Positions 39,008-47,161 of a DNA stretch of 54,628 bases are shown here, one piece after another. The DNA is from Myxococcota bacterium (GTDB lineage Bacteria; Myxococcota; XYA12-FULL-58-9; JALHOP01): assembly GCA_041288095.1 (NCBI GenBank), contig JBGGMJ010000012.1:1-54628 (forward strand), given 5' to 3'. The notes beneath the pieces are model-generated. The model worked only from the letters and a program-made list of their open reading frames with translations. It was not told the origin of the DNA and ran no database searches. Position numbers and translations under genes: made by a program. Each line of letters starts with the position of its first letter. The stretch's first letter is position 1.

Positions 39008-39550
39008 TTACTCGAGTTGAAGGGGAGTGCTGTTGACGTAGTCGTTCGCCTGCGACGCCACGTGACAGGCGTTACAGTCGGGGGAGTTACTGGTCACGGA
39101 TATGCAACGGTAGGTGCGGCCCGAGGGCGGCACGGTGCCTCGCCACTCCGTCACCGGCACGCCACCTTCATCCGTCTGCAGCTCGAACCACTCCCAGCCG
39201 AGCGCGCCCTTGCCGTTGAAGCCTCCGCCTCGCTTCACCATGGCGTAGATCTCCCATTCGGTGGACGGGCGCTCGTCCTCGAAGACCTTCACCAGCTTGG
39301 TGCCGATTGGGAACTCGATGGCGCCCGCGGGCGGCATCTCGCTCACGTAGAGCCGGCGTCGGCCGATGGGCAGGCTGTCGATGACGGTGTCGCCGAGATC
39401 GAACGACTGCCACTCCTGGAAGCCGTAAAAATCGCGGTCGAGGGCGATGAACGTCCGCCCCTGGCTCACGGCGTCCAGAGCCTGCTCGTTGTCGAGACAG
39501 CCGACGCCGACGAGCAAGCTCAGCGGGAGGATGAGCCATGGACCGCGCAT
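39008..39550 (-). CDS. Mono-haem lipoprotein, cytochrome P460-like fold
   Basis: GVGC lipobox; FPIGTKLVK, AMVKR, GWEWF, C-terminal CNACH. Confidence 0.7.
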   Translation of the reverse strand: MRGPWLILPLSLLVGVGCLDNEQALDAVSQGRTFIALDRDFYGFQEWQSFDLGDTVIDSLPIGRRRLYVSEMPPAGAIEFPIGTKLVKVFEDERPSTEWEIYAMVKRGGGFNGKGALGWEWFELQTDEGGVPVTEWRGTVPPSGRTYRCISVTSNSPDCNACHVASQANDYVNSTPLQLE

Positions 39551-40557
39551 CAATCGAGGACCGTGATGCCGAGGATGGTCGCGCCTTGGCGCATCGCCGC
39601 CACCAGGGACTCGGGGTTTTCGACGTCGCTCTCGGCCGAGAGGAACACGAAGAGGCGGCCATAGGCGGTGCTGTCGTCCGGCGCGTCCGGGTTCCAGTCG
39701 CCGGGGACCTCCGGCAAGGACTCACCCACGAGGTCGTCGTAGTACTCTTGGATGGCGTCGAAACGCGCGACGATGGTCGCGTCGACGTCGGCGCCACCGG
39801 GCTCGCCCCGCAGCCAATCGCGAAAGGCCGCGTAGATCTCGCGCCCGCCCGCGAGGTTCGCGCGCATGTCCGCTAAAGTGTGTTGCGCGTAGCGCGACTC
39901 GTCTTCGCCGGTCGCGGCGAGATTCACTTTCTCGAATTGTTCGGCCATCGAGCCGAGGACGCCGCGGTAGGCGTCCGCCGCATCGAGGGCGAGCGGCGCG
40001 AATGCCGAATGCATGGTGTCGAAGTCATCGACGAGCTTCTGGGCTAGCTCCGCTTTGAAGGACTGAGCGGCGGGCTCGCTGTTCGGGTAGGACGGCAGGT
40101 GGTAGCCGGGGAGCGTCGACTCGAAGTCGGTGACCCACTGCGGGTGGGCGTCGGCCCAGAGGATGCGCTCGATCGCGTGCATGCCGATGACGATCTGGTC
40201 GTCGAACAGGTCGGTGTCGGCTCCCTCCTCGAGAAACATCTCGTAGCGAGCGTCGGTCGAGTAGTCGAGGTCCTCGAACAAGACCGCAATCGCGCCCTCG
40301 ACGTGCTCGTAGGCAATTCTCGCCTGCTTCCAGGCAGCGCGCATGTCTTCGACAGCGGTCGCATGTGACGCGTGCGTCCAGCTCGTCGCGGGTGTGCTCG
40401 CTTGCAGCGACTCCGCGGCCGCTCGCAAGGCCACGAGCTCACGGGTCACATAGTCCTTCACGTCCAGCGTCGCACCGTCGCGAGCAGTGATGTCGGTGGG
40501 GTCGTCGCCGCAAGCGGCGATCGCGAAAAAGAGAACGATGAGGGGATATGTCTTCAT
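39550..40557 (-). CDS. Imelysin / EfeO-EfeM (peptidase M75-like) iron-binding lipoprotein
   Basis: IAAC lipobox; ARIAYEHVE, DARYE, GMHAIERILW (HxxE), GEDESRYA. Confidence 0.88.
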   Translation of the reverse strand: MKTYPLIVLFFAIAACGDDPTDITARDGATLDVKDYVTRELVALRAAAESLQASTPATSWTHASHATAVEDMRAAWKQARIAYEHVEGAIAVLFEDLDYSTDARYEMFLEEGADTDLFDDQIVIGMHAIERILWADAHPQWVTDFESTLPGYHLPSYPNSEPAAQSFKAELAQKLVDDFDTMHSAFAPLALDAADAYRGVLGSMAEQFEKVNLAATGEDESRYAQHTLADMRANLAGGREIYAAFRDWLRGEPGGADVDATIVARFDAIQEYYDDLVGESLPEVPGDWNPDAPDDSTAYGRLFVFLSAESDVENPESLVAAMRQGATILGITVLD

Positions 40558-40564
40558 GGGTAAC

Positions 40565-41797
40565 TCAGAGTCGTTGCACGAACGTGACGAGCTCGCCGCG
40601 TTCCGTGTCAGTTAGTCTTTCATAGCGGTCAACACTGTCGTTCGCCTCGGAGCCGCCTCCCCGGTGCGCTTCGATCGCGTCGGCGACGGTCTTGGCGCGA
40701 CCGTCGTGCATGAAACCGCGCAGGTGACGCAGGCCGATGAGCGGCGCGGTGCGCCACTCGCGGCCATCGGCGCTCTCTTCCGCGATGCCGTCGGCCAAGC
40801 CGTCGCCCATGTCGTGCAGGAGAAGATCCGAGTAAATCGAGGCGTCGACTCCCGCCAGCTGCGGAATCGGATAGTCGGCGCGTGTCGGCATGGAGGGCGT
40901 ATGGCATGCGCTACAGCGGACGCTTTCGAAAAGGCCGGCGCCCGGGCCGGCGAGATCGCCGCGAACAGGCATGTCGAGCAGCCGCACATAGTCGGCGACC
41001 AGCTCGACTTGCTCGAGCGTCACGTCGACACCCGGCTTCTCATCGTCTTCGAGGGCGTCTGGATTGGGTAGCTCGAAAGGCCGCAGGGGTGAGGTGAGCC
41101 CCATGTCGCCTTGGTAGGCGTCGGCGACGAAGTCATCGATGGTGGGGGAGCGCGCTTTGGTGCCGAAGCGACCGATGAGGCCTTGGTCGCCGGGAGCGTA
41201 GTCGTGTGTCAGCGATAGCGGATTAGCTCGTGACCGCCAGGCTACGTAGTTGACGCGCCCGCTGATGCCGTCATCGCGCGTCGTTTGGCTCGCGGCGCCA
41301 GCTTCGATGGCGCCGGCATCGACTGCCTCGATGAAGCCGCGACCAAAAACGGCAAGGCCAAGCCGCGTGGTGACCTTCACGTTCGACGACCCAGGTGGGG
41401 TGATGCCCACGGTCGCGCCGGCGGCGAGCTGGGTGCGTCCCGTATGGCCATATGGCAGAGCCGACTGGTCTTCTTGCGGCGTGATTCCGTCCGCCAGCAC
41501 GAGAACGAACTTCTGCACGGCGCCGGGACCCTTGCTGTCGTTCTCGTGGCAGGCGCTGCACCGGGCACGCACGAACAGCGGACCGAGCCCCTGCGTTTCG
41601 CGCGCCGACTCGTCGAATTCGGCGTCACCAGCCCGGAAGCGCGAGAGCTGCTCGGACGAGAGGGCGGCAAGAGGAAGGTCGGTGGGGTCGTCGCCGCGGA
41701 CCTCGAGATCGGCGAGACGCGCGGCGGCGTCATCTCCCGCGTCCCCGCAGGCGGCCATCAACCCCATCGCACTAATGCAAATAAAATTGCGAATCAT
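40565..41797 (-). CDS. Di-haem oxidoreductase (DHOR) family lipoprotein (paralog 2)
   Basis: MAAC lipobox, GLGP, CSACH x2, DGISGR, DLLLHDMG, WRTAPL, HDGRA. Confidence 0.92.
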   Translation of the reverse strand: MIRNFICISAMGLMAACGDAGDDAAARLADLEVRGDDPTDLPLAALSSEQLSRFRAGDAEFDESARETQGLGPLFVRARCSACHENDSKGPGAVQKFVLVLADGITPQEDQSALPYGHTGRTQLAAGATVGITPPGSSNVKVTTRLGLAVFGRGFIEAVDAGAIEAGAASQTTRDDGISGRVNYVAWRSRANPLSLTHDYAPGDQGLIGRFGTKARSPTIDDFVADAYQGDMGLTSPLRPFELPNPDALEDDEKPGVDVTLEQVELVADYVRLLDMPVRGDLAGPGAGLFESVRCSACHTPSMPTRADYPIPQLAGVDASIYSDLLLHDMGDGLADGIAEESADGREWRTAPLIGLRHLRGFMHDGRAKTVADAIEAHRGGGSEANDSVDRYERLTDTERGELVTFVQRL

Positions 41798-41805
41798 TCT
41801 CAATT
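41785..41805. promoter_or_regulatory. Fur-box-like inverted repeat
   Basis: AATTGCGAAT-C-ATTCTCAATT (minus strand TGAGAATGATTCGCA, 7-1-7); AT-rich patch overlapping the proposed DHOR start. Confidence 0.75.
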
Positions 41806-41841
41806 GCAAGGAGTACTGCGCGCGGGCCGCGGTCGTCAAGC

Positions 41842-42348
41842 CTAACCGGCCGTGTCGGCTGGCGGGCGCCCGAACCACATTGCAAAGATTGGATAAATGG
41901 TCAGCACCAGCCAAAGGCCCGCCATCAGCAGCGCTGACGGGAAGACCAGCACGCTAGCTCCCGCGCCGGCGAAGCGGACGAGCACAGGCGCTAGCAGATG
42001 GAGGAGGGTGGCAACCGTGGCGAGCCCCAGCGTCCAGGCCTTGGTGCGCAGCCGCAGCTCGCACATCAGGTAGATGTGACCGACGACGAGCAAGACGATG
42101 GGCACCACGAAGACGTGAAAGTGAAACGTCTCCATCACCTGGCGCGGCGGTTTTTCGAAGACCATGGACGCGGGGTCGCCGAGGTAATACCTCGCGGCGC
42201 TGCCCGGCAGCACGGAAAGCCCGTCGTCGAGGTAGAGCCAGACGGAGGTGGCGACGCCGATGGCCACGAAGGCGCAGAATCCGCTATAGAGGATGCGCGC
42301 CTCGAGTGACAGGCGTTCGATGCTCATGGGTCGGGCAAAAGGGCGCAC
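41842..42348 (-). CDS. Four-TM membrane protein with His-rich motif
   Basis: METFHFHVF, GH and LH in TM segments; RBS GGAGG. Confidence 0.75.
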   Translation of the reverse strand: MRPFARPMSIERLSLEARILYSGFCAFVAIGVATSVWLYLDDGLSVLPGSAARYYLGDPASMVFEKPPRQVMETFHFHVFVVPIVLLVVGHIYLMCELRLRTKAWTLGLATVATLLHLLAPVLVRFAGAGASVLVFPSALLMAGLWLVLTIYPIFAMWFGRPPADTAG

Positions 42349-42349
42349 G

Positions 42350-42946
42350 TTAACCTCCGCCGCCGGGCGCGGCCTTCGCGGCGTGAGTCACGATGCCGAC
42401 CAGCGCGGCCGCTCGCTTTACCGCGACCGAAACCGCCACTGACGAGATCGTCGCGCCACTGATGGCGACGATGTCGTCACCGGAGCGAATGTCGTCTTGC
42501 ACGGTCTTCCCCACGAACTGATCGCGAAAGCGGACCGCCGCGACTTCGCCGCCATAACGTTCGCGATAAACCATGATCTCCGTCCGCTCGATGCGGCCGT
42601 CGGGCGCGACTTTGGTCGCCAGGGTGATCGGGAGATGCTGCCCGAGCTGCTCGTCGATGACCGCATAGCCGTCGACGACCTCACCGGTGCGCGCGACGAA
42701 GACGGGGTAGGTCTTCTTGGGAGGGAGATAGCCCAGGAGTCGCTTGAGCTCGTCACCATGTTTGGTGGTCTCGAGGGTCACGTAGGTCACGTGTGTCGAG
42801 CTCGGGAAGAACGCCTTCAGTACGCTTTCATTGCTGAAGTACACGCCTTGGGCGCGGGCCGCCCCGACGCCCAGGCAGAGCGTACCCAGCACGAAGGCAA
42901 CGCTCGTCGCAAAGCGACGGGTGCCGCGATTGAAGACGCGCGCCAT
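42350..42946 (-). CDS. Extracytosolic FMN-binding domain protein
   Basis: Signal peptide; YRERYGGEV, FRDQFVGK, ISGATISS flavinylation motif. Confidence 0.88.
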   Translation of the reverse strand: MARVFNRGTRRFATSVAFVLGTLCLGVGAARAQGVYFSNESVLKAFFPSSTHVTYVTLETTKHGDELKRLLGYLPPKKTYPVFVARTGEVVDGYAVIDEQLGQHLPITLATKVAPDGRIERTEIMVYRERYGGEVAAVRFRDQFVGKTVQDDIRSGDDIVAISGATISSVAVSVAVKRAAALVGIVTHAAKAAPGGGG

Positions 42947-43056
42947 TCGTCGCGGGCAGCTAGCAACCTCTGACGTTTTCCGCAACATCTGCTCGGCCCG
43001 TCCGACAACCCGAAAGCAATATTGGGCGGGCTTTTACCGCACCGAGGAGACCCATC

Positions 43057-43497
43057 ATGGACGGCATCGAAGCGGGAAAAGCGGGACAGGCAAAGCCGGT
43101 TACAGTCGAGGCACCGCCGGCTAGCGCGACGGCACAGCCGGTTGAAGTCGGTCCAAAGAGCTGGACCACCGCGGGGCGCCCCGTGGCCGACGTGAGCGAC
43201 AGCGTTCGCGGATCGGCGAGCCCCGAGGCGATCGCCACCGGCGCCAAGCCGAACGATCTCCGCGAGAAGGCGCGCACGGCAGCAGGCATGACTGTGCTCG
43301 CCATCTGTGGATTCCTCCCCGGTCTCGTCTTGGCGGCGGTCCAAATGGGCTCGGAGCTCGTGAGCAGGCCCTTCGGTCGTGAGGGCTGGCGGCCCGAGGG
43401 GTCCGCGACGATCCCGATCATCAATGCCATGGAAATCACGATGAAACCGGCGATGCGTCTCGTCAGCCGGCTCGGCCTCGCCCGCGATCCGGGCTGA
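43057..43497 (+). CDS. Hypothetical protein (Pro/Ala-rich N-terminus, 1-2 TM)
   Basis: RBS GAGGAG; 146 aa. Confidence 0.55.
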   Translation: MDGIEAGKAGQAKPVTVEAPPASATAQPVEVGPKSWTTAGRPVADVSDSVRGSASPEAIATGAKPNDLREKARTAAGMTVLAICGFLPGLVLAAVQMGSELVSRPFGREGWRPEGSATIPIINAMEITMKPAMRLVSRLGLARDPG

Positions 43498-43575
43498 GCG
43501 CCCCGACAACCGGATGCGCCGACCGAGGGGGACGGCACAATCTTGCCAGGGTCCTCTGCGGGGACACTTTCGTCC

Positions 43576-43611
43576 TTGCACACCCCGAGCGCGTCTAACA
43601 TAACGGATGTT
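43576..43611 (+). promoter_or_regulatory. Putative sigma70 promoter and palindromic operator of the encapsulin operon
   Basis: TTGCAC-N17-CATAAC overlapped by AACAT-AACGG-ATGTT dyad (43597-43611). Confidence 0.4.
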
Positions 43612-43649
43612 CATCTAGTGGCCCTCGCCCCCTTGAAGAGGACTCCGAA

Positions 43650-44558
43650 GTGACTGACGCCAAGGACCGAATGCTGAACGAGAAAGCCGCTCGTCAGCTA
43701 GCCAACACCACGAAGACGCCACCGCAGTGGCGCGGCGCGACGCCTCGCTGGGTCGTCCAGTTGCTACCCTGGACGCCGGTCGAGGCCGGCACTTACAGAG
43801 TCAACCAGGCGATCGACGATGACTTCGACGCGAAGTGCAGCCCGCAACAAGGTGAAGCCCTGCCGGTCGCCTTCTCCGACTATGATCAGCAGCCGCGCGA
43901 GTACACGCTCACCTCGGTGACGACTACGATAGCGGTCGACACGCGCGTCTCCGATCTGTTCCGCAGCCCGATGGATCAGGTGAAGGAGCAACTCTCGCTC
44001 ACCGTCGAGAAGCTCAAAGAGAAGCAAGAGAACGAGGTCATCAACAACAAGAGCTACGGCCTGCTCAACAACGTCGATCCCGACATGCGCTTCAAGCCGC
44101 GCAAGGGTCCGCCGACACCGGACGACCTCGACGAGCTCATCTCACGGGTGTGGAAGGAGCCGAGCTTCTTCTTGGCGCATCCGAAGCTGATCGCGGCTTT
44201 CGGGCGTGAATGCACGCGGCGTGGTGTGCCACCACCGACGTTAACCTTGTTCGGCTCGCCGTTTCTCACCTGGCGCGGGTTGCCTCTCATCCCGAGCGAC
44301 AAGATGCCGGTGAAGGGCAACAAGAGCGACCTCCTGTTGCTGCGTACCGGCGAGCGCAAGCGTGGCGTCGTCGGTCTGTTCCAGCCGGGCCTGCCGGGCG
44401 AAGTGAGCCCCAGCTTGTCGGTGCGCCTGATGGGCATCAACCAGGCGGGCGCGGCGTCGTATCTCTTGTCGCTCTACTGCTCGGTCGCGGTGCTCACACA
44501 CGACGCGGTGGGTGTGCTCGAAGGCGTGACCGTTGACCACTACCATGAGTACGCCTGA
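43650..44558 (+). CDS. Family 2A encapsulin shell protein (SrpI-like)
   Basis: AARQLANTTKTPPQ..TPRW..LLPW.PVEAGTYRVN, DY...PREY, GPPTPDDLDEL, FGRECTRRGVPP, TWRG.PL.PSDK. Confidence 0.95.
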   Translation: MTDAKDRMLNEKAARQLANTTKTPPQWRGATPRWVVQLLPWTPVEAGTYRVNQAIDDDFDAKCSPQQGEALPVAFSDYDQQPREYTLTSVTTTIAVDTRVSDLFRSPMDQVKEQLSLTVEKLKEKQENEVINNKSYGLLNNVDPDMRFKPRKGPPTPDDLDELISRVWKEPSFFLAHPKLIAAFGRECTRRGVPPPTLTLFGSPFLTWRGLPLIPSDKMPVKGNKSDLLLLRTGERKRGVVGLFQPGLPGEVSPSLSVRLMGINQAGAASYLLSLYCSVAVLTHDAVGVLEGVTVDHYHEYA

Positions 44559-46236
44559 CGATTTGGTGCTGCCGGCCGAAGCGGTTCTGGCGCAGCGGCA
44601 GGTGCCGCGCGCGCAAAGCCCGCTCGAGGCGCCGGCGCACTATGTGCCGACGCCGGGCGTTAGCCCCGCCGTCTTGAAGCACCCCGGCATGCCGACCCTG
44701 CCCGAGGCGGATCCCGTGTCGCTGACGCTGGTCGTACAGCGCCTGGCGAACGAGCTGTACGCGGGCGGTCAGCTGCCCGCGCCTTCCGGAGGAGGCGCAC
44801 CGGCGTCCCCGTTTGGGGGCCCGCTCGACTTTACGGCCTTCCGGGGCGCTCAATTCCCGGCGTTCTCGCTGCCGCTGCTGAGCGACGCCGTGGTGCCTCC
44901 GGCCGTGCCGACCGCCATTTCGCCTCCGGCTGCCGCGGCGCCGTCCGCTATTGCGGCGCCGTCTTGGCCTGGCGCGCAACTCGACCCGGCCGTCGTCGTG
45001 GTCGATCGCACACCGCGACTGTTCGACGCGCACGCCCTCAAGCGCGAGTTCCCCATTCTCCAAGAGCGCGTCAACGGACGAGAGCTGGTGTGGCTCGACA
45101 ACGCGGCGACGACGCAGAAGCCGCGCGCGGTCATCGACCGGCTGTCGCGTTTCTACGAGAAGGAAAACTCCAACATCCACCGCGCGGCGCACACGCTGGC
45201 GGCGCGATCGACGGATGCGTACGAGGGCGCGCGCGAGTCGGCGCGACGCTTCATCAACGCTCCCGAGACGCGCGAGATAGTCTTCGTGCGCGGCACCACC
45301 GAGGGCTTGAACCTCATCGCTCAATCGTGGGGCCGGCGGCACGTCAAGGAAGGTGATGAGATTCTCATCACCTGGCTCGAGCACCACGCGAACATCGTCC
45401 CTTGGCAACAGCTCGCGGCGGAGAAGGGTGCAAAGCTCCGTGTCGCGCCTGTCGACGATCGCGGACAGATCATTCTCGAGGAGTACGAGAAGCTGCTCTC
45501 GCCGCGCACTCGCCTCGTGTCGTTCACGCAAGTGTCGAATGCGCTCGGTACCGTCACTCCCGCGAAGGAAATGACGGAGCTCGCGCACCGTCACGGAGCA
45601 CTGGTCGTGGTCGACGGTGCGCAGTCGGTGTCGCACTTACCGACCGACGTGCAGGCGTTGGGCTGCGACTTCTTCGTCTTCTCGGGACACAAGGTGTTCG
45701 CGCCCACCGGCATCGGTGTGGTGTGGGGTCGCGCCGAGCTGCTCGACGCCATGCCGCCGTGGCAAGGCGGCGGCAACATGATCAAGGACGTGACCTTCGA
45801 GCGCACCCAGTTCCATGCCGCGCCCGCGCGCTTCGAGGCCGGTACCGGCTCCATTGGGGACGCGGCTGCCCTCGGCGCGGCGCTCGATTGGCTCGCCCGG
45901 CTCGGGGTCAGCACGGTCGCGGCTTACGAGCACGAGCTGCTCGACTACGCCACGGCGTGTCTCTCCGATGTACCAGGGCTCACGCTCTACGGCACCGCGC
46001 CGGAGAAGGCCGGCGTGCTCTCGTTCGTGCTCGAAGGGCAGGAGACCACGCAAATCGGCTCGATGCTCGACAAAGAGGGCATCGCCGTGCGCTCAGGACA
46101 TCACTGTGCTCAACCCATCTTGCGGCGCTTCGGCCTCGAAGCCACCGTGCGGGCATCGCTTGCGCCCTACAACACGCGTGACGACATCGATGCCCTGGTG
46201 GCGGCGCTCAGGCGCATTCAAGAAGGCAGGCGATGA
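44545..46236 (+). CDS. Encapsulin cargo cysteine desulfurase (SufS-type) with N-terminal cargo-loading region
   Basis: Pro/Ala-rich N-terminus with QRLANELY; WLDNAATTQKP, SGHK (PLP Lys), RSGHHCAQP (catalytic Cys). Confidence 0.95.
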   Translation: MSTPDDLVLPAEAVLAQRQVPRAQSPLEAPAHYVPTPGVSPAVLKHPGMPTLPEADPVSLTLVVQRLANELYAGGQLPAPSGGGAPASPFGGPLDFTAFRGAQFPAFSLPLLSDAVVPPAVPTAISPPAAAAPSAIAAPSWPGAQLDPAVVVVDRTPRLFDAHALKREFPILQERVNGRELVWLDNAATTQKPRAVIDRLSRFYEKENSNIHRAAHTLAARSTDAYEGARESARRFINAPETREIVFVRGTTEGLNLIAQSWGRRHVKEGDEILITWLEHHANIVPWQQLAAEKGAKLRVAPVDDRGQIILEEYEKLLSPRTRLVSFTQVSNALGTVTPAKEMTELAHRHGALVVVDGAQSVSHLPTDVQALGCDFFVFSGHKVFAPTGIGVVWGRAELLDAMPPWQGGGNMIKDVTFERTQFHAAPARFEAGTGSIGDAAALGAALDWLARLGVSTVAAYEHELLDYATACLSDVPGLTLYGTAPEKAGVLSFVLEGQETTQIGSMLDKEGIAVRSGHHCAQPILRRFGLEATVRASLAPYNTRDDIDALVAALRRIQEGRR

Positions 46237-47153
46237 AAGTCGTCGACGTTCGCGAAGCTCGAGGCTTGCTTGCGAGCGGTGACCTCGACCTCGTGGACGT
46301 GCGCGAAGGTCATGAGTGGGAAACCGGTCACCTGCCTAACGCCCGTCACGTGCCACTCGGCACGGTGAAAGCCGATCCAAAACGGGCTCTGCCGCGAGAT
46401 GGTGTTCTGCTGGTTTGCGCCCGTGGTGGCCGCAGCGCGACGGCGGCTGCTTTAGCGGACGACCTCGGCTACCAGACGGTGTATAGCATCGACGGTGGTA
46501 CGATGGCGTGGCAAGAAGCCGGCCTGCCCATCGAAGTACCTCCGATTTCGGAGCGCGTGCCGGTCGCCGCGCACGAGGCGCTGTCGACCGACCTCGACGT
46601 GCCGGAGCTCGACCCGGTCATTGGCGCGAACCTGCGTGAGCTGCGCACCCAGCGGGGACTCAGTCTCGACGCCGTGGCTCGCATGTCCGGGCTGTCGCGG
46701 ACCCTGCTCGGCCAAGTCGAGCTCGGCACCAACCCGCCGAGCCTCGGCGTCGTCTGGCGACTCGCGAAGGCTTTCGACGTTCCGTTCGCGACCTTGCTTT
46801 CGGCGCCGACGGTGTCCGCGACAGCGGTCTTGCGCAAGGCCAAGGCGAAGGTCCTCATGAGCGCCGATGGTCGGTTCTCCTCGCGGGCGCTGTTCCCGTT
46901 CGGTGAGCCAACCAAGGTGGAGTTCTACGAGCTGTGGCTCGCGGGGCATGCGCGCGACGATGCGGAGCCGCACGCCCGAGGCACCAAGGAAAACCTGGTC
47001 GTCACGCGCGGCCAGGTCGTCATCGAGGTCGCCGGCCAAAGGCACGAGCTCGGCGAGGGCGATGCCCTCGTCTTCCCCGCTGACGTGCCGCACGCCTACG
47101 TCAACCCTGCTTCCGCCGAGTGCTGGATGCACCTGGTGATGACTTACCTGTAG
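46233..47153 (+). CDS. Rhodanese-XRE HTH-cupin fusion transcriptional regulator
   Basis: DVRE..EW..GHLP and CARGGRS (rhodanese); IGANLRELR..RGLSL..QVELG.NP (XRE); PH..GTKE...FPADVPHAY (cupin). Confidence 0.88.
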   Translation: MKVVDVREARGLLASGDLDLVDVREGHEWETGHLPNARHVPLGTVKADPKRALPRDGVLLVCARGGRSATAAALADDLGYQTVYSIDGGTMAWQEAGLPIEVPPISERVPVAAHEALSTDLDVPELDPVIGANLRELRTQRGLSLDAVARMSGLSRTLLGQVELGTNPPSLGVVWRLAKAFDVPFATLLSAPTVSATAVLRKAKAKVLMSADGRFSSRALFPFGEPTKVEFYELWLAGHARDDAEPHARGTKENLVVTRGQVVIEVAGQRHELGEGDALVFPADVPHAYVNPASAECWMHLVMTYL

Positions 47154-47161
47154 AGGCAACG

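Noticed and set aside
43533-43547. Sigma54 promoter for the encapsulin operon (CGGCAC-AATC-TTGCC)
   Set aside because: GG-to-GC spacing is 9 nt rather than the required 10
43650-44558. Prophage capsid gene
   Set aside because: Family 2A shells share the HK97 fold, but this one has a desulfurase cargo and no terminase, portal or tail genes nearby
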